Source: Deltaproteobacteria bacterium (GTDB lineage Bacteria > Myxococcota_A > Polyangia > Fen-1088). From it: 64,000 nt of DNA. Positions 55,839-64,000 of this stretch are shown one piece after another. The DNA lies in contig JANRKS010000032.1 in the NCBI GenBank assembly GCA_033763315.1, forward strand, positions 32,001 through 96,000, written 5' to 3'. A program made the translations under genes and the position numbers. The notes under the pieces are model-generated. The model did no database searches and had not been told where the DNA came from. It saw only the letters and a list, made by a program, of their open reading frames with translations. Position 1 is the stretch's first letter. The number at the start of each line of letters is the position of its first letter.

Positions 55839-58800
55839 ATGACGAATTCCTTAGCTTCGCTTCGTGGCTTTACCATCGGCCTGGCTTTGTTTGCCCTTGC
55901 GGGTTGCATCGAGCGGCCCCTGATCGAAATCGCCGCGCCGGGCACCGGACCCAATCTGGACGCCGCCCAACCGGGGGCCGAGGACGCGGACGACTTCACG
56001 TTCGACCCAACCAAAGACATGATCGACGCGGCACCCAAAGACGTGCTGTCGTGCGCTTTGGGCGCGTGCCAAGACGCAGGCCCCGTGTGCGGAAACAGCG
56101 TGATGGATGACGGTGAAACGTGCGACGACGGCAACGCAAGACCAGGCGATGGTTGTTCGGGTTTGTGCCGCGTGGAACTCAACTACAAATGTGATGTGGT
56201 TGGGCAACCGTGCGTATCTACGATCGTCTGCGGTGACGGCAAGGTGATGGGCGGCGAAGCGTGCGACGACAACAACGTTGTCTCAAAGGATGGCTGTTCA
56301 GAGCTTTGCGAAGTTGAAAGTGGCTACGCGTGCTCCGTGCCGGGCCAGCCTTGCGTGCCTGCCAAACAAGGACGCTGCGGTGATGGCATGGTCAACGAAG
56401 GCGAGGGCTGCGACGACGGCAACGCGGTGTCGTTCGATGGTTGCTCGGGCACCTGTTCGCGCGAATCTGGCTATACGTGCGCGCAACCCAACCAACCATG
56501 CGTGCGCGACGAATATTGTGGTGACGGCGCGCTGGCGGCGGGCGAAGAATGTGATGATAAGAACCTTCTGCCCGGCGATGGCTGCACAGGTACCTGCAAG
56601 GTAGAGCCGTTCTTTATGTGTGCGATGCCAGGCAAGCCCTGCAGCAGCACGATCATTTGTGGTGACGCCAAAGTGGTGGCCGATGAAGCTTGCGACGACG
56701 GCAACACGATGGCGAGCGACGGATGCAGCGCCGACTGCAAGCAGATCGAGCCTGGCTTTACATGCCCGCGCGCTTTGGGTGTGGGCGGCCCATGCACCGC
56801 CGTTCCGATGAACCGGTGTGGCGATAGCCGCCTGAGTTATGGCGAGTTCTGCGACGATGGCAACACCGACAATATGGATGGCTGTTCAAGCGCGTGCCGC
56901 GTTGAGGCGGGTTACACATGTGACGCGCCCGGCACCGCTTGTGCCTTGGTTGAATGGTGTGGCAATGGCAAGTTGAGTTTGGCCAACGGCGAACAATGCG
57001 ACGACGGCAACGATGTGGGCGGCGATGGCTGCAGTTCGCAGTGCGTGATCGAGGCGAACTATGTATGCCCCGCGCCAGGCAAGCTGTGCACGTCCACGAT
57101 TAAGTGCGGCGACGGGATCATCAACGGCACCGAGACGTGCGATGACGGCAACACCAAGAACAGCGATGGTTGTTCATCCACATGCATGGTTGAATCAGGT
57201 TGGGTTTGCACCGCGGGCAGCGTGTGCAAGGCCAAACAGTGTGGCGACGGAATCATCGCGGGCGATGAACGGTGCGATGACAAAAATAGCGCCCCGGCAG
57301 ATGGTTGCAGCGCCACATGCCAACTTGAATTGCCCACCGCCACAGAGGCCAACGGCTGGGTGTGCCCCGTGGTGGGGATGCCATGCCAGCGCACAAACTG
57401 TGGCAACGGGATTCAAGAGGGCAGTGAACAATGCGACGACGGGAACAACGATTCAGGCGATTTGTGCTCGCCGTTTTGCCGCAAGGAGCCTGTGTGTCCC
57501 GCTGCGGGTGGCGCATGTTCGACCGCGTGCGGTGATGGCCTGTTGTTGCCCATCGACATCGCCAACGGGCAGGAATGCGATGACGGCAACACGGTGGCGG
57601 GTGATGGTTGCAGCGCCACGTGCAAAGTGGAGCAGGGGTATATGTGCAGCGGTGTCGCGGTGTCCCCCGATCCGCTGATCTTGCCACTCGTGCTGCGAGA
57701 CTTTAAGGCCTACAACGAAACCAATGGGCATCCCGACTTCGAGCAATACAATGGCCAGGAGACGGGAATCGTAAAGTCGCTGCTGGGTGCCAATGGCAAG
57801 CCAGTGCATGTGGATGGCCGCAAGGATCGAACCACCAACAATGATCCAGGTTCGATGGGTTTTGACTACTTTGGCCTGTGGTACAAGGACGACGCTTCCT
57901 ACAACAAGACGGTTAAGACCACGATGCCGTTTACAAAGCTGATGACAGGTGAATATCAATACAACAATTCAAGCTTTTTTCCGTTGGATGGGCTGGGTTG
58001 GGGCAACCACCCATACAACAACTATGTTCACAACTTTCACTTCACATCAGAGGTGCGGTACTGGTTTGAGTACAAAGGCAACGAACAACTGGACTTTACC
58101 GGCGATGACGATGTTTGGGTGTTCGTGAACAAGACGTTGGCTGTCGATTTGGGTGGCGTTCATGGCGCCAGGTCTGCCAGCTTGAAGTTGGGTGCCTCAG
58201 ACGGCAAAGCGTTGGTGTGCGACCTGTTGAACGATTGCAACAACAAGCGAACGGTTGATCTGGGGCTTGTGATCGGCAGCGTGTATGAAATCGTGGTGTT
58301 CCAAGCGGAACGCCACACCACGCAATCAAACTATAGGCTCACGCTTTCGAACTTTAACGCCAACAAGAGCCAGTGCGTGCCCAAGTGCGGTGATGGCTTC
58401 GTGACCCGAGATGAGGCGTGCGATTTGGGGACAGCGAAGAACACAGGGGCTTATGGCACCTGCAACGCCAACTGCACCTTGCCAGCCCGTTGTGGCGACG
58501 CCGTCGTTTCTAACGGTGAAGAGTGCGACGATGGCGTCAATTCAGCGCAATACTCAACGTCCACGAAGCTGTGCGCGGCCGGGTGCAAATGGGCGCCTCG
58601 GTGTGGCGATGGCAAAGTGGACAGCGCCAACGGCGAAGCTTGTGATCAAGGCATCGACAACGGCAAGGGCTATGGCTATTGCTCCGCGACCTGCCAGCTT
58701 GGCCCACGCTGCGGCGACGCGAAAACCACCGACGGTGAGCAGTGTGACGACGGGGCCGCAAAGAATGGGACGTCCGCCAGCTTGTGCATGGACACGTGCA

Positions 58801-59642
58801 AGCTGAAGTGCGGCAACGCCTTGCCAGATCCAGGCGAGGAATGCGATGACGGCGCGGCCAACAACACGGGCGCGTACGGCAAGTGCAAAGCAGACTGTCA
58901 CCTCGGCCCACGTTGTGGTGACGGCATTCCCAACGGCGGCGAACAATGCGACGACGGCAAAAACGATGGCACCTATGGCACGTGCGGCACGGGCTGTTTG
59001 TATGGCCCACGCTGCGGTGACATGGTGGTGCAGAGCACCGCTGGTGAAGTGTGCGACGCCGGCGCAAACAACATGTCAATGCCTTACGGCAAGAACCAAT
59101 GCACCTTGCGTTGCCGCCCCGCCCCCTACTGCGGGGACAAGACGGTGGACGTAGACAACGGTGAAAAGTGCGACGATGGCATCAACAGCGGCCAGCCAGG
59201 CTCGTGTTTGGCTGACTGCTCTGGTGCTGTGCCGCTGGCATCCTGTGGCGACGGCGCCGTGCAACCGCCTGAGCAATGTGATTCCGGCATCAACAACGGC
59301 ACGGCCGGCAGTTCATGCGACACGCGTTGCCGCAACAAGTGTGGCAACGGCTTTAAAGATCCAGGTGAACAATGCGATGATGGCAAGAACACCGGTGCCT
59401 ACGCCACTTGCAACGCCAATTGCACGCTTGCCAGCTACTGTGGCGATGGCCAACGCACGGATCCCGAAGACTGTGATTTGGGCGCAAACAATTCAAGCTC
59501 CGCCTATGGCGTGGGCAAGTGCACCACCGCCTGCACAGCCGCACCGTTCTGTGGCGACGGCCGCATTCAAACGGCGTATGGTGAAGCGTGCGATGGTGGC
59601 GTGGGCTGCAGCGCCATCTGCACGATCGTTCCCGTGTTGTAG
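55839..59642 (+). CDS. DUF4215/Myxococcus Cys-rich repeat lipoprotein with a fibro-slime (PA14-like) domain
   Basis: Lipobox FALAG-C; 23 CG(D/N)...E.CD repeats; HNFHFTSEVRYWF..FTGDDDVWVF..DLGGVH..FQAERHT. Confidence 0.92.
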   Translation: MTNSLASLRGFTIGLALFALAGCIERPLIEIAAPGTGPNLDAAQPGAEDADDFTFDPTKDMIDAAPKDVLSCALGACQDAGPVCGNSVMDDGETCDDGNARPGDGCSGLCRVELNYKCDVVGQPCVSTIVCGDGKVMGGEACDDNNVVSKDGCSELCEVESGYACSVPGQPCVPAKQGRCGDGMVNEGEGCDDGNAVSFDGCSGTCSRESGYTCAQPNQPCVRDEYCGDGALAAGEECDDKNLLPGDGCTGTCKVEPFFMCAMPGKPCSSTIICGDAKVVADEACDDGNTMASDGCSADCKQIEPGFTCPRALGVGGPCTAVPMNRCGDSRLSYGEFCDDGNTDNMDGCSSACRVEAGYTCDAPGTACALVEWCGNGKLSLANGEQCDDGNDVGGDGCSSQCVIEANYVCPAPGKLCTSTIKCGDGIINGTETCDDGNTKNSDGCSSTCMVESGWVCTAGSVCKAKQCGDGIIAGDERCDDKNSAPADGCSATCQLELPTATEANGWVCPVVGMPCQRTNCGNGIQEGSEQCDDGNNDSGDLCSPFCRKEPVCPAAGGACSTACGDGLLLPIDIANGQECDDGNTVAGDGCSATCKVEQGYMCSGVAVSPDPLILPLVLRDFKAYNETNGHPDFEQYNGQETGIVKSLLGANGKPVHVDGRKDRTTNNDPGSMGFDYFGLWYKDDASYNKTVKTTMPFTKLMTGEYQYNNSSFFPLDGLGWGNHPYNNYVHNFHFTSEVRYWFEYKGNEQLDFTGDDDVWVFVNKTLAVDLGGVHGARSASLKLGASDGKALVCDLLNDCNNKRTVDLGLVIGSVYEIVVFQAERHTTQSNYRLTLSNFNANKSQCVPKCGDGFVTRDEACDLGTAKNTGAYGTCNANCTLPARCGDAVVSNGEECDDGVNSAQYSTSTKLCAAGCKWAPRCGDGKVDSANGEACDQGIDNGKGYGYCSATCQLGPRCGDAKTTDGEQCDDGAAKNGTSASLCMDTCKLKCGNALPDPGEECDDGAANNTGAYGKCKADCHLGPRCGDGIPNGGEQCDDGKNDGTYGTCGTGCLYGPRCGDMVVQSTAGEVCDAGANNMSMPYGKNQCTLRCRPAPYCGDKTVDVDNGEKCDDGINSGQPGSCLADCSGAVPLASCGDGAVQPPEQCDSGINNGTAGSSCDTRCRNKCGNGFKDPGEQCDDGKNTGAYATCNANCTLASYCGDGQRTDPEDCDLGANNSSSAYGVGKCTTACTAAPFCGDGRIQTAYGEACDGGVGCSAICTIVPVL

Positions 59643-59712
59643 GCGCTGCGAAGGGCCAGCCCGGGCTTATGGCTTGGGGCTGGCGTCTTCGACGGGCGCG
59701 TCGTTCTAAAGC

Positions 59713-60318
59713 TTACTCTACCGGCGCGTTGGCAACGCCGCTTGGTGCCTTGGGCGTACCCGCAACAACGCCAAGTGGCTTGCCTTGGTCGTCGACCAAA
59801 ACGCCGTCTTGCACATCGAGGCGTGCCTTGTCGCTGGCAAACCGGAACTCAACGCGGCGGTTGACGGCCCAGACACGTGCCGAGCTGCCTGTTTGCAAAG
59901 GCTCGCCCTTGCCGCGGCTTTCCACCTGCAGGCGTTGGCTGTCGATGCCCAATGCCGCCAGTTGAGCCACAACGGCTTCGGCGCGGCGACGTGCGAGATC
60001 TTGGTTGTATTCTTCGGAACCACGCTCGTCCGTGTGACCCACCACGGTGATATTGAGATCGCTATAGGTCTTGAGCTTCTCGGCCGCTTCTTTCAAAGCG
60101 GTTTGCGCTGACGGCAGCAACTTGGCCGAGTTCAAAGCAAAGTGCACGCGTCGCAAAGTGACCTGGATCTGCGCGATCTCGGCAGCGCTCGCCTGTGGCT
60201 TGGGGGCTTCTCGCACAACCACGGGCGCGGCGGCGACCGTTTGGGGCGCAGGCTTGGGTGTGCTGCTGCAAGCGGCGGCGGCGAAAGTCGCGATACCTAC
60301 GAACGTGAGCGTCTTCAT
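59713..60318 (-). CDS. OmpA/Pal family peptidoglycan-binding lipoprotein
   Basis: FAAAA-C lipobox; VHF, GHTDERGSEEYNQDLARRRA, NRRVEF; GGAGG RBS. Confidence 0.92.
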   Translation of the reverse strand: MKTLTFVGIATFAAAACSSTPKPAPQTVAAAPVVVREAPKPQASAAEIAQIQVTLRRVHFALNSAKLLPSAQTALKEAAEKLKTYSDLNITVVGHTDERGSEEYNQDLARRRAEAVVAQLAALGIDSQRLQVESRGKGEPLQTGSSARVWAVNRRVEFRFASDKARLDVQDGVLVDDQGKPLGVVAGTPKAPSGVANAPVE

Positions 60319-60447
60319 TTTTAAGGGTCCTCCAGGGAAAGGGATAAGGTCGGACGCGAATTAGCATACGCAGCGGGGGTCGCCAGCGCGCCCGTGCGCA
60401 AAAGGTGACGTGACCCACCAGCCTCTGTGTTGGTCATGCCTTGCCGC

Positions 60448-61056
60448 CTAAAAGTCGTCGTCGCGGAACCAGCCAGTCGCGCTCCATCGCGGTGCGTGCG
60501 TGGTCAACACTTCGTGAGGAACCGCATCGCTCCAGAACAACACCGTGCGCCCCCATGTGGGCTCCACATCAAGCAACACCCGGGACGGCGAGGCCGGGTC
60601 GAAGAGGCGCAGCTGGCCTCCCCACGACGGATCCCACGTGGGGTTGAGGTAGATCACGCACGAGATCAAGCGGTGGCTGTGGTTGGTGAACTGGTCGACG
60701 TGCTTTTGATAGTGGGCGCCTGGTGAGTACACGGTGAGGTGACCTTCAAATCGGCGCAGGCTTATGAAGAAGGCTCGGTTGAGCGCCACGCGGAGTTCAT
60801 CGAGGCGTGCCAACAAACCCGCTTGCGCCTCCGTCAACGCTTGCGGATCCATCCACAAGAGCTGGTCGGATCGAACGTCAGGCGCGACCGTGAACTGCCC
60901 GCCACGGCCAACGCCGGCGGGACGAAAGTGTGCGGCGGCCGCGTGGCGAATGTCTTCACACAACCCCTGCAACACGCCCTCGGGCACCAACTGATCCACC
61001 ACCGCAAACGCGCGCGTGCGCAGCGAATCGATCACGGCCGTGAGGGCATCTTCCAT
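60448..61056 (-). CDS. 2OG-Fe(II) oxygenase (prolyl-4-hydroxylase-like)
   Basis: RSDQLLW, YQKHVD (HxD), YLN..W...GG.L, PHEV, RWSATGWF. Confidence 0.9.
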   Translation of the reverse strand: MEDALTAVIDSLRTRAFAVVDQLVPEGVLQGLCEDIRHAAAAHFRPAGVGRGGQFTVAPDVRSDQLLWMDPQALTEAQAGLLARLDELRVALNRAFFISLRRFEGHLTVYSPGAHYQKHVDQFTNHSHRLISCVIYLNPTWDPSWGGQLRLFDPASPSRVLLDVEPTWGRTVLFWSDAVPHEVLTTHAPRWSATGWFRDDDF

Positions 61057-61151
61057 GCGTCCCGACCAGCCTAACCGACCAGACCGGCACCCGGCCTCAA
61101 TCAAAAAGTTTGCGTCGAAACAAGTTCCGACATTATCCTACATAGGCTCAC

Positions 61152-61619
61152 ATGGTTCCCGCGAAGATCAAACTGCCCCACTCCCCCCCCGAAGACGCCT
61201 CTCCGCTTCGTATGCGCCCGATGGCGCGCGCCGCCCAAATCGCGATTTTTGAACGCGAGGTTCGAGAACGGTTATCCAGGGCCGCCATCGAAGTGTTCCT
61301 GGCGCGGGCCGAGGTGATCTCGGAGGGGCAGCGTCTGACCCGGGGTGCAAAGCAGCTGTTTGAGGGCTCAACGATGCTTACGTTGGATCTAAGCCGCAGC
61401 GCCGGGCTGTTTCGCGAAGCCAGCGATTCCGGCACCGCCCGCCGCTTGGGCGCCATGCTCGCGCGTGACACTTGGGCGCGCAACCGTGTCCGCCAAATCG
61501 CTACCAAAGAGGCCGAGCGCCTTTCGCACACCAAAGTTCACGAGGTCAGCACAGAGATGCGGGTGAGCACAAAAGGCGTGAAAGTTTTGATTGATGTCGA
61601 TGTGGAGGCCAAGCTGTGA
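61152..61619 (+). CDS. Hypothetical protein
   Basis: 155 aa ORF; stop overlaps the next start (GTGA). Confidence 0.65.
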   Translation: MVPAKIKLPHSPPEDASPLRMRPMARAAQIAIFEREVRERLSRAAIEVFLARAEVISEGQRLTRGAKQLFEGSTMLTLDLSRSAGLFREASDSGTARRLGAMLARDTWARNRVRQIATKEAERLSHTKVHEVSTEMRVSTKGVKVLIDVDVEAKL

Positions 61620-62581
61620 TGGTCGTGGCTTCGTCAAAAGACACCACCATGCCGTTTTCGGATCCGAGCGTCAGCGAGGGATTTACCTTCGTTGCCGTCG
61701 CGTCCATCACGGGCATTCCTGAAAGCAAGTTGCGCTATTGGGCGCAAACGGGCTTCGTGGGGCCATCGATTCGTCGGGGCACGCGGCAGCTTTACAGTTT
61801 TCGTGATCTCGTGTGTGTGAAAGCGGCGGGTGAGCTTGTGGATCGTGGCTTCAAAACAACGCAAATCCGCGAAGCCTTGACCGTGGCACAAACGTCGCTG
61901 CCGAGCATTGATGGATCGCGTGAAGCCCTGCTGCGTTTGCGGGTGGCCTTCAACGGCGTGTCGCTGGTTGTTTTGGATGAAGGCGCCGCCTATGAAGTGA
62001 CGGGGCAACGCGTGTTCGATTTTGGTTTGGCGGAATTGGCCGATCAAGCTTCGGCCGCGATGGACGCCACGCCCTTGGCCGTTAAATCGCCGAAGGTGGA
62101 AAGCGGTCGGTTATGCGCCTACGATTGGTTCGTTGAAGGGCTTTCGCTTGAAGGCCAAAGTGGGCGCGAAGATGAAGCGATCGCGTGCTACCGCCAGGCG
62201 TTGGCGGCCGATCCTGGCTTGGCTGCCGCACACACAAACTTGGGCGGCTTGGCTTATCGACGCGGCGATCGCGAAGCGGCGCGTGCGGCGTTCGAGAAGT
62301 CGCTGGCTTTGGATCCAGAACAATCTGAAGCGCGCTTTAACCTTGGCAACCTGATGTTGGAAGACGGCGATATGGATCTGGCCGCGGCCGAGTACCGGCG
62401 CGTGTTGACGACGAACCCCCATTTCGCCGACGCTCACTACAACCTGGCCACGGCGCTAGAAGCTTTGGGCAGCAAGGCGCAAGCGCGCCAACATCTGAGC
62501 GAGTACTTGCGTTTGTGCCAACCCAAGGGCGATGATCCTTGGGTTTTGGAAGCGCGCGAACGTTTGGAAAAGCTACGATGA
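61616..62581 (+). CDS. MerR-type HTH plus TPR protein
   Basis: VASITGIPESKLRYWAQTGFVGPS...YSFRDL; TPRs AAAHTNLG, EARFNLG, DAHYNLA; start may be 61649. Confidence 0.88.
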   Translation: MMVVASSKDTTMPFSDPSVSEGFTFVAVASITGIPESKLRYWAQTGFVGPSIRRGTRQLYSFRDLVCVKAAGELVDRGFKTTQIREALTVAQTSLPSIDGSREALLRLRVAFNGVSLVVLDEGAAYEVTGQRVFDFGLAELADQASAAMDATPLAVKSPKVESGRLCAYDWFVEGLSLEGQSGREDEAIACYRQALAADPGLAAAHTNLGGLAYRRGDREAARAAFEKSLALDPEQSEARFNLGNLMLEDGDMDLAAAEYRRVLTTNPHFADAHYNLATALEALGSKAQARQHLSEYLRLCQPKGDDPWVLEARERLEKLR

Positions 62582-63636
62582 TTGCGGCCGCGCGGGCCGT
62601 GCTCATCTGTGGCCTTGGCGCTGCTTTGCTGGCCTGCGACGGCGCCGCGTCCGCGCGTAAAGTGCCTCTGACAGAATTGGCCGCGCAAATGGCGGCGGTG
62701 GAATGTGCCGTGCGACCGCAGTGCACGGGTCGCCCTTTGGAGGCCACCGATCAAGACTGCGTGACACAAACCACGGCGCGTCTGCAAAGCACCGTGGTGG
62801 CGCAAGTGGCGGACGCTGTGGCCCGCGGCACGGCGGTTTACGACGAGCGCGGCGCGTGGAACTGCGTGGCTGCGCTGAAGGCTGCCGGTTGCGCGCGTTT
62901 CGGCACATTGCTGCCGGAATCCTGTTTGGCCGCGATGGGCGGCGTGGGAGCCGCAGGCGCGGCGTGTGCCTCTGAATTTGATTGTCGAGCGGACCATACG
63001 TGCCGCACAGACGTTCAATGCCCCGGGATGTGTGCCCCGCGTGGCGCGGCCGGCGCTGACTGCGGCACCGATCGCGATTGTGCCCCTGGGCTGCGCTGCC
63101 CCGACATTGGCGGCAAATGTGCCGTGCCGTTGCAAGGGGATAAAGATTGCGATTTGTTCGGCAAACCCTGCGACTTCGGCCTGACGTGTTTTTCACCCAC
63201 GATTTTGGAGACCGGCCGCTGCGTGCCGGTGGTGCGCGCATGGCAATCACCGGTGGGTGAGCCCTGCGCTATCTTGGCCAGCTTCTTCTGTGCGCCTGGC
63301 TTGAGTTGCCCGGTGTTATCGAATGTGGCTGGCGAATTTCCCACCTGCGCGCCCGCTTCTGCGTCGGGAGGCGCGTGCGTGATTGGTTTGCCCGATCCTT
63401 GCCCCGCGGCCGAATACTGCGCAGGGAGCATCCTGGAAGGCACAGGCATGTGCACCCCACGCGTGGGCCGTGGCGCCGCGTGTGTGACCTCGCGCCAGTG
63501 TTTGCTGGGTGACGTGTGCGAAAAGGGCGTATGCGGCCCCCGCCAAAACCTAGGCGGCGCATGTGAAACCGAATCGGGTTGCTGGAGCCGTGCGTGTGTA
63601 GGCGGCGCTTGTGTGACCCCCACACTTTGCGATTGA
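62578..63636 (+). CDS. Cys-rich lipoprotein
   Basis: ALLA-C lipobox; repeated G..C....C..GL.C motifs; ATGA overlap with the upstream gene. Confidence 0.8.
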   Translation: MIAAARAVLICGLGAALLACDGAASARKVPLTELAAQMAAVECAVRPQCTGRPLEATDQDCVTQTTARLQSTVVAQVADAVARGTAVYDERGAWNCVAALKAAGCARFGTLLPESCLAAMGGVGAAGAACASEFDCRADHTCRTDVQCPGMCAPRGAAGADCGTDRDCAPGLRCPDIGGKCAVPLQGDKDCDLFGKPCDFGLTCFSPTILETGRCVPVVRAWQSPVGEPCAILASFFCAPGLSCPVLSNVAGEFPTCAPASASGGACVIGLPDPCPAAEYCAGSILEGTGMCTPRVGRGAACVTSRQCLLGDVCEKGVCGPRQNLGGACETESGCWSRACVGGACVTPTLCD

Positions 63637-63690
63637 GCCTTGGCCGGCGCGGAAATTGAGTCGCGCGCCGGGCCGCGGTAGCGTAGGGAA

Positions 63691-64000
63691 ATGTTTCTTG
63701 TTTGGCGGGCGCAGCTTGGCGTCGTGTTGTGTTGGCTATGCGCGAACGCGCAGGCTTTCGCGCAAGACGCGATGCCAGCGGCTGACACCGCGGCCGCCGC
63801 AAGTGTGCCGGCCATCATCCGCTTTCCCGCCGGCACGTTTGTGCAAGGCTCGAACGACGGCGCTGAAGACGAACGACCGCGCCGCGAGCGTGCCCTGCCA
63901 GCGTTTCGCATCGATCGCACCGAGGTCACGCGCGGCGCCTATGGCAAATGTGTGGCCGCCAAGCGTTGCGCACCCGTGGCGGGCGTGGATGGCAAAGCGT
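63691..64000 (+). CDS. FGE-sulfatase (SUMF1) domain exported protein, 5' part
   Basis: Manual translation: signal peptide AFA-Q, IRFPAGTFVQGS...DERP...LPAFRIDRTEVTRGAYGKCV; runs off the window. Confidence 0.85.
   Translation, partial: MFLVWRAQLGVVLCWLCANAQAFAQDAMPAADTAAAASVPAIIRFPAGTFVQGSNDGAEDERPRRERALPAFRIDRTEVTRGAYGKCVAAKRCAPVAGVDGKA

Noticed and set aside
55839-60318. traA/traB kin-recognition locus (PA14 + Cys repeats beside an OmpA protein)
   Set aside because: The genes are convergent rather than an operon; the OmpA protein is a small lipoprotein without the TraB barrel or TSP3 repeats; the large protein lacks MYXO-CTERM

Overview
GC-rich chromosomal segment with about 55 densely packed genes, most likely from a Myxococcota (Polyangia/Haliangiales-like) bacterium. 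This is inferred from three membrane Ser/Thr kinases, an FHA-sigma54 activator, Cys-rich lipoproteins, a DUF4215/fibro-slime protein and an Oar-like TonB-dependent receptor. Housekeeping genes include moeA, moaA, galE, sdhCAB, tatA, ccmE, an MltD-like lytic transglycosylase, an RluA-family synthase and an acyl-CoA dehydrogenase. I found no rRNA, tRNA, CRISPR array, transposase, integrase or prophage gene. Most notable: (1) an 11 kb envelope-signalling cluster at 21.6-32.9 kb (kinase-TPR-FHA/sigma54 activator-kinase-TPR-Cys-rich lipoprotein-papain-fold amidase, with a divergent RCC1 lipoprotein); (2) a small protein plus nucleotidyltransferase pair resembling a MenAT-type toxin-antitoxin system; (3) a lipoprotein-TBDR-HEAT operon; (4) recurrent TAnnnT-N5-8-ATG leaderless promoters, including a 20 bp bidirectional one; (5) a structured or small-ORF intergenic element and paired CAACGCG inverted repeats flanking a PhaR-like regulator; (6) a 5'-truncated GH140-like gene beside a possible two-gene islet. 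All family calls come from motif recognition by eye; no database searches were run.
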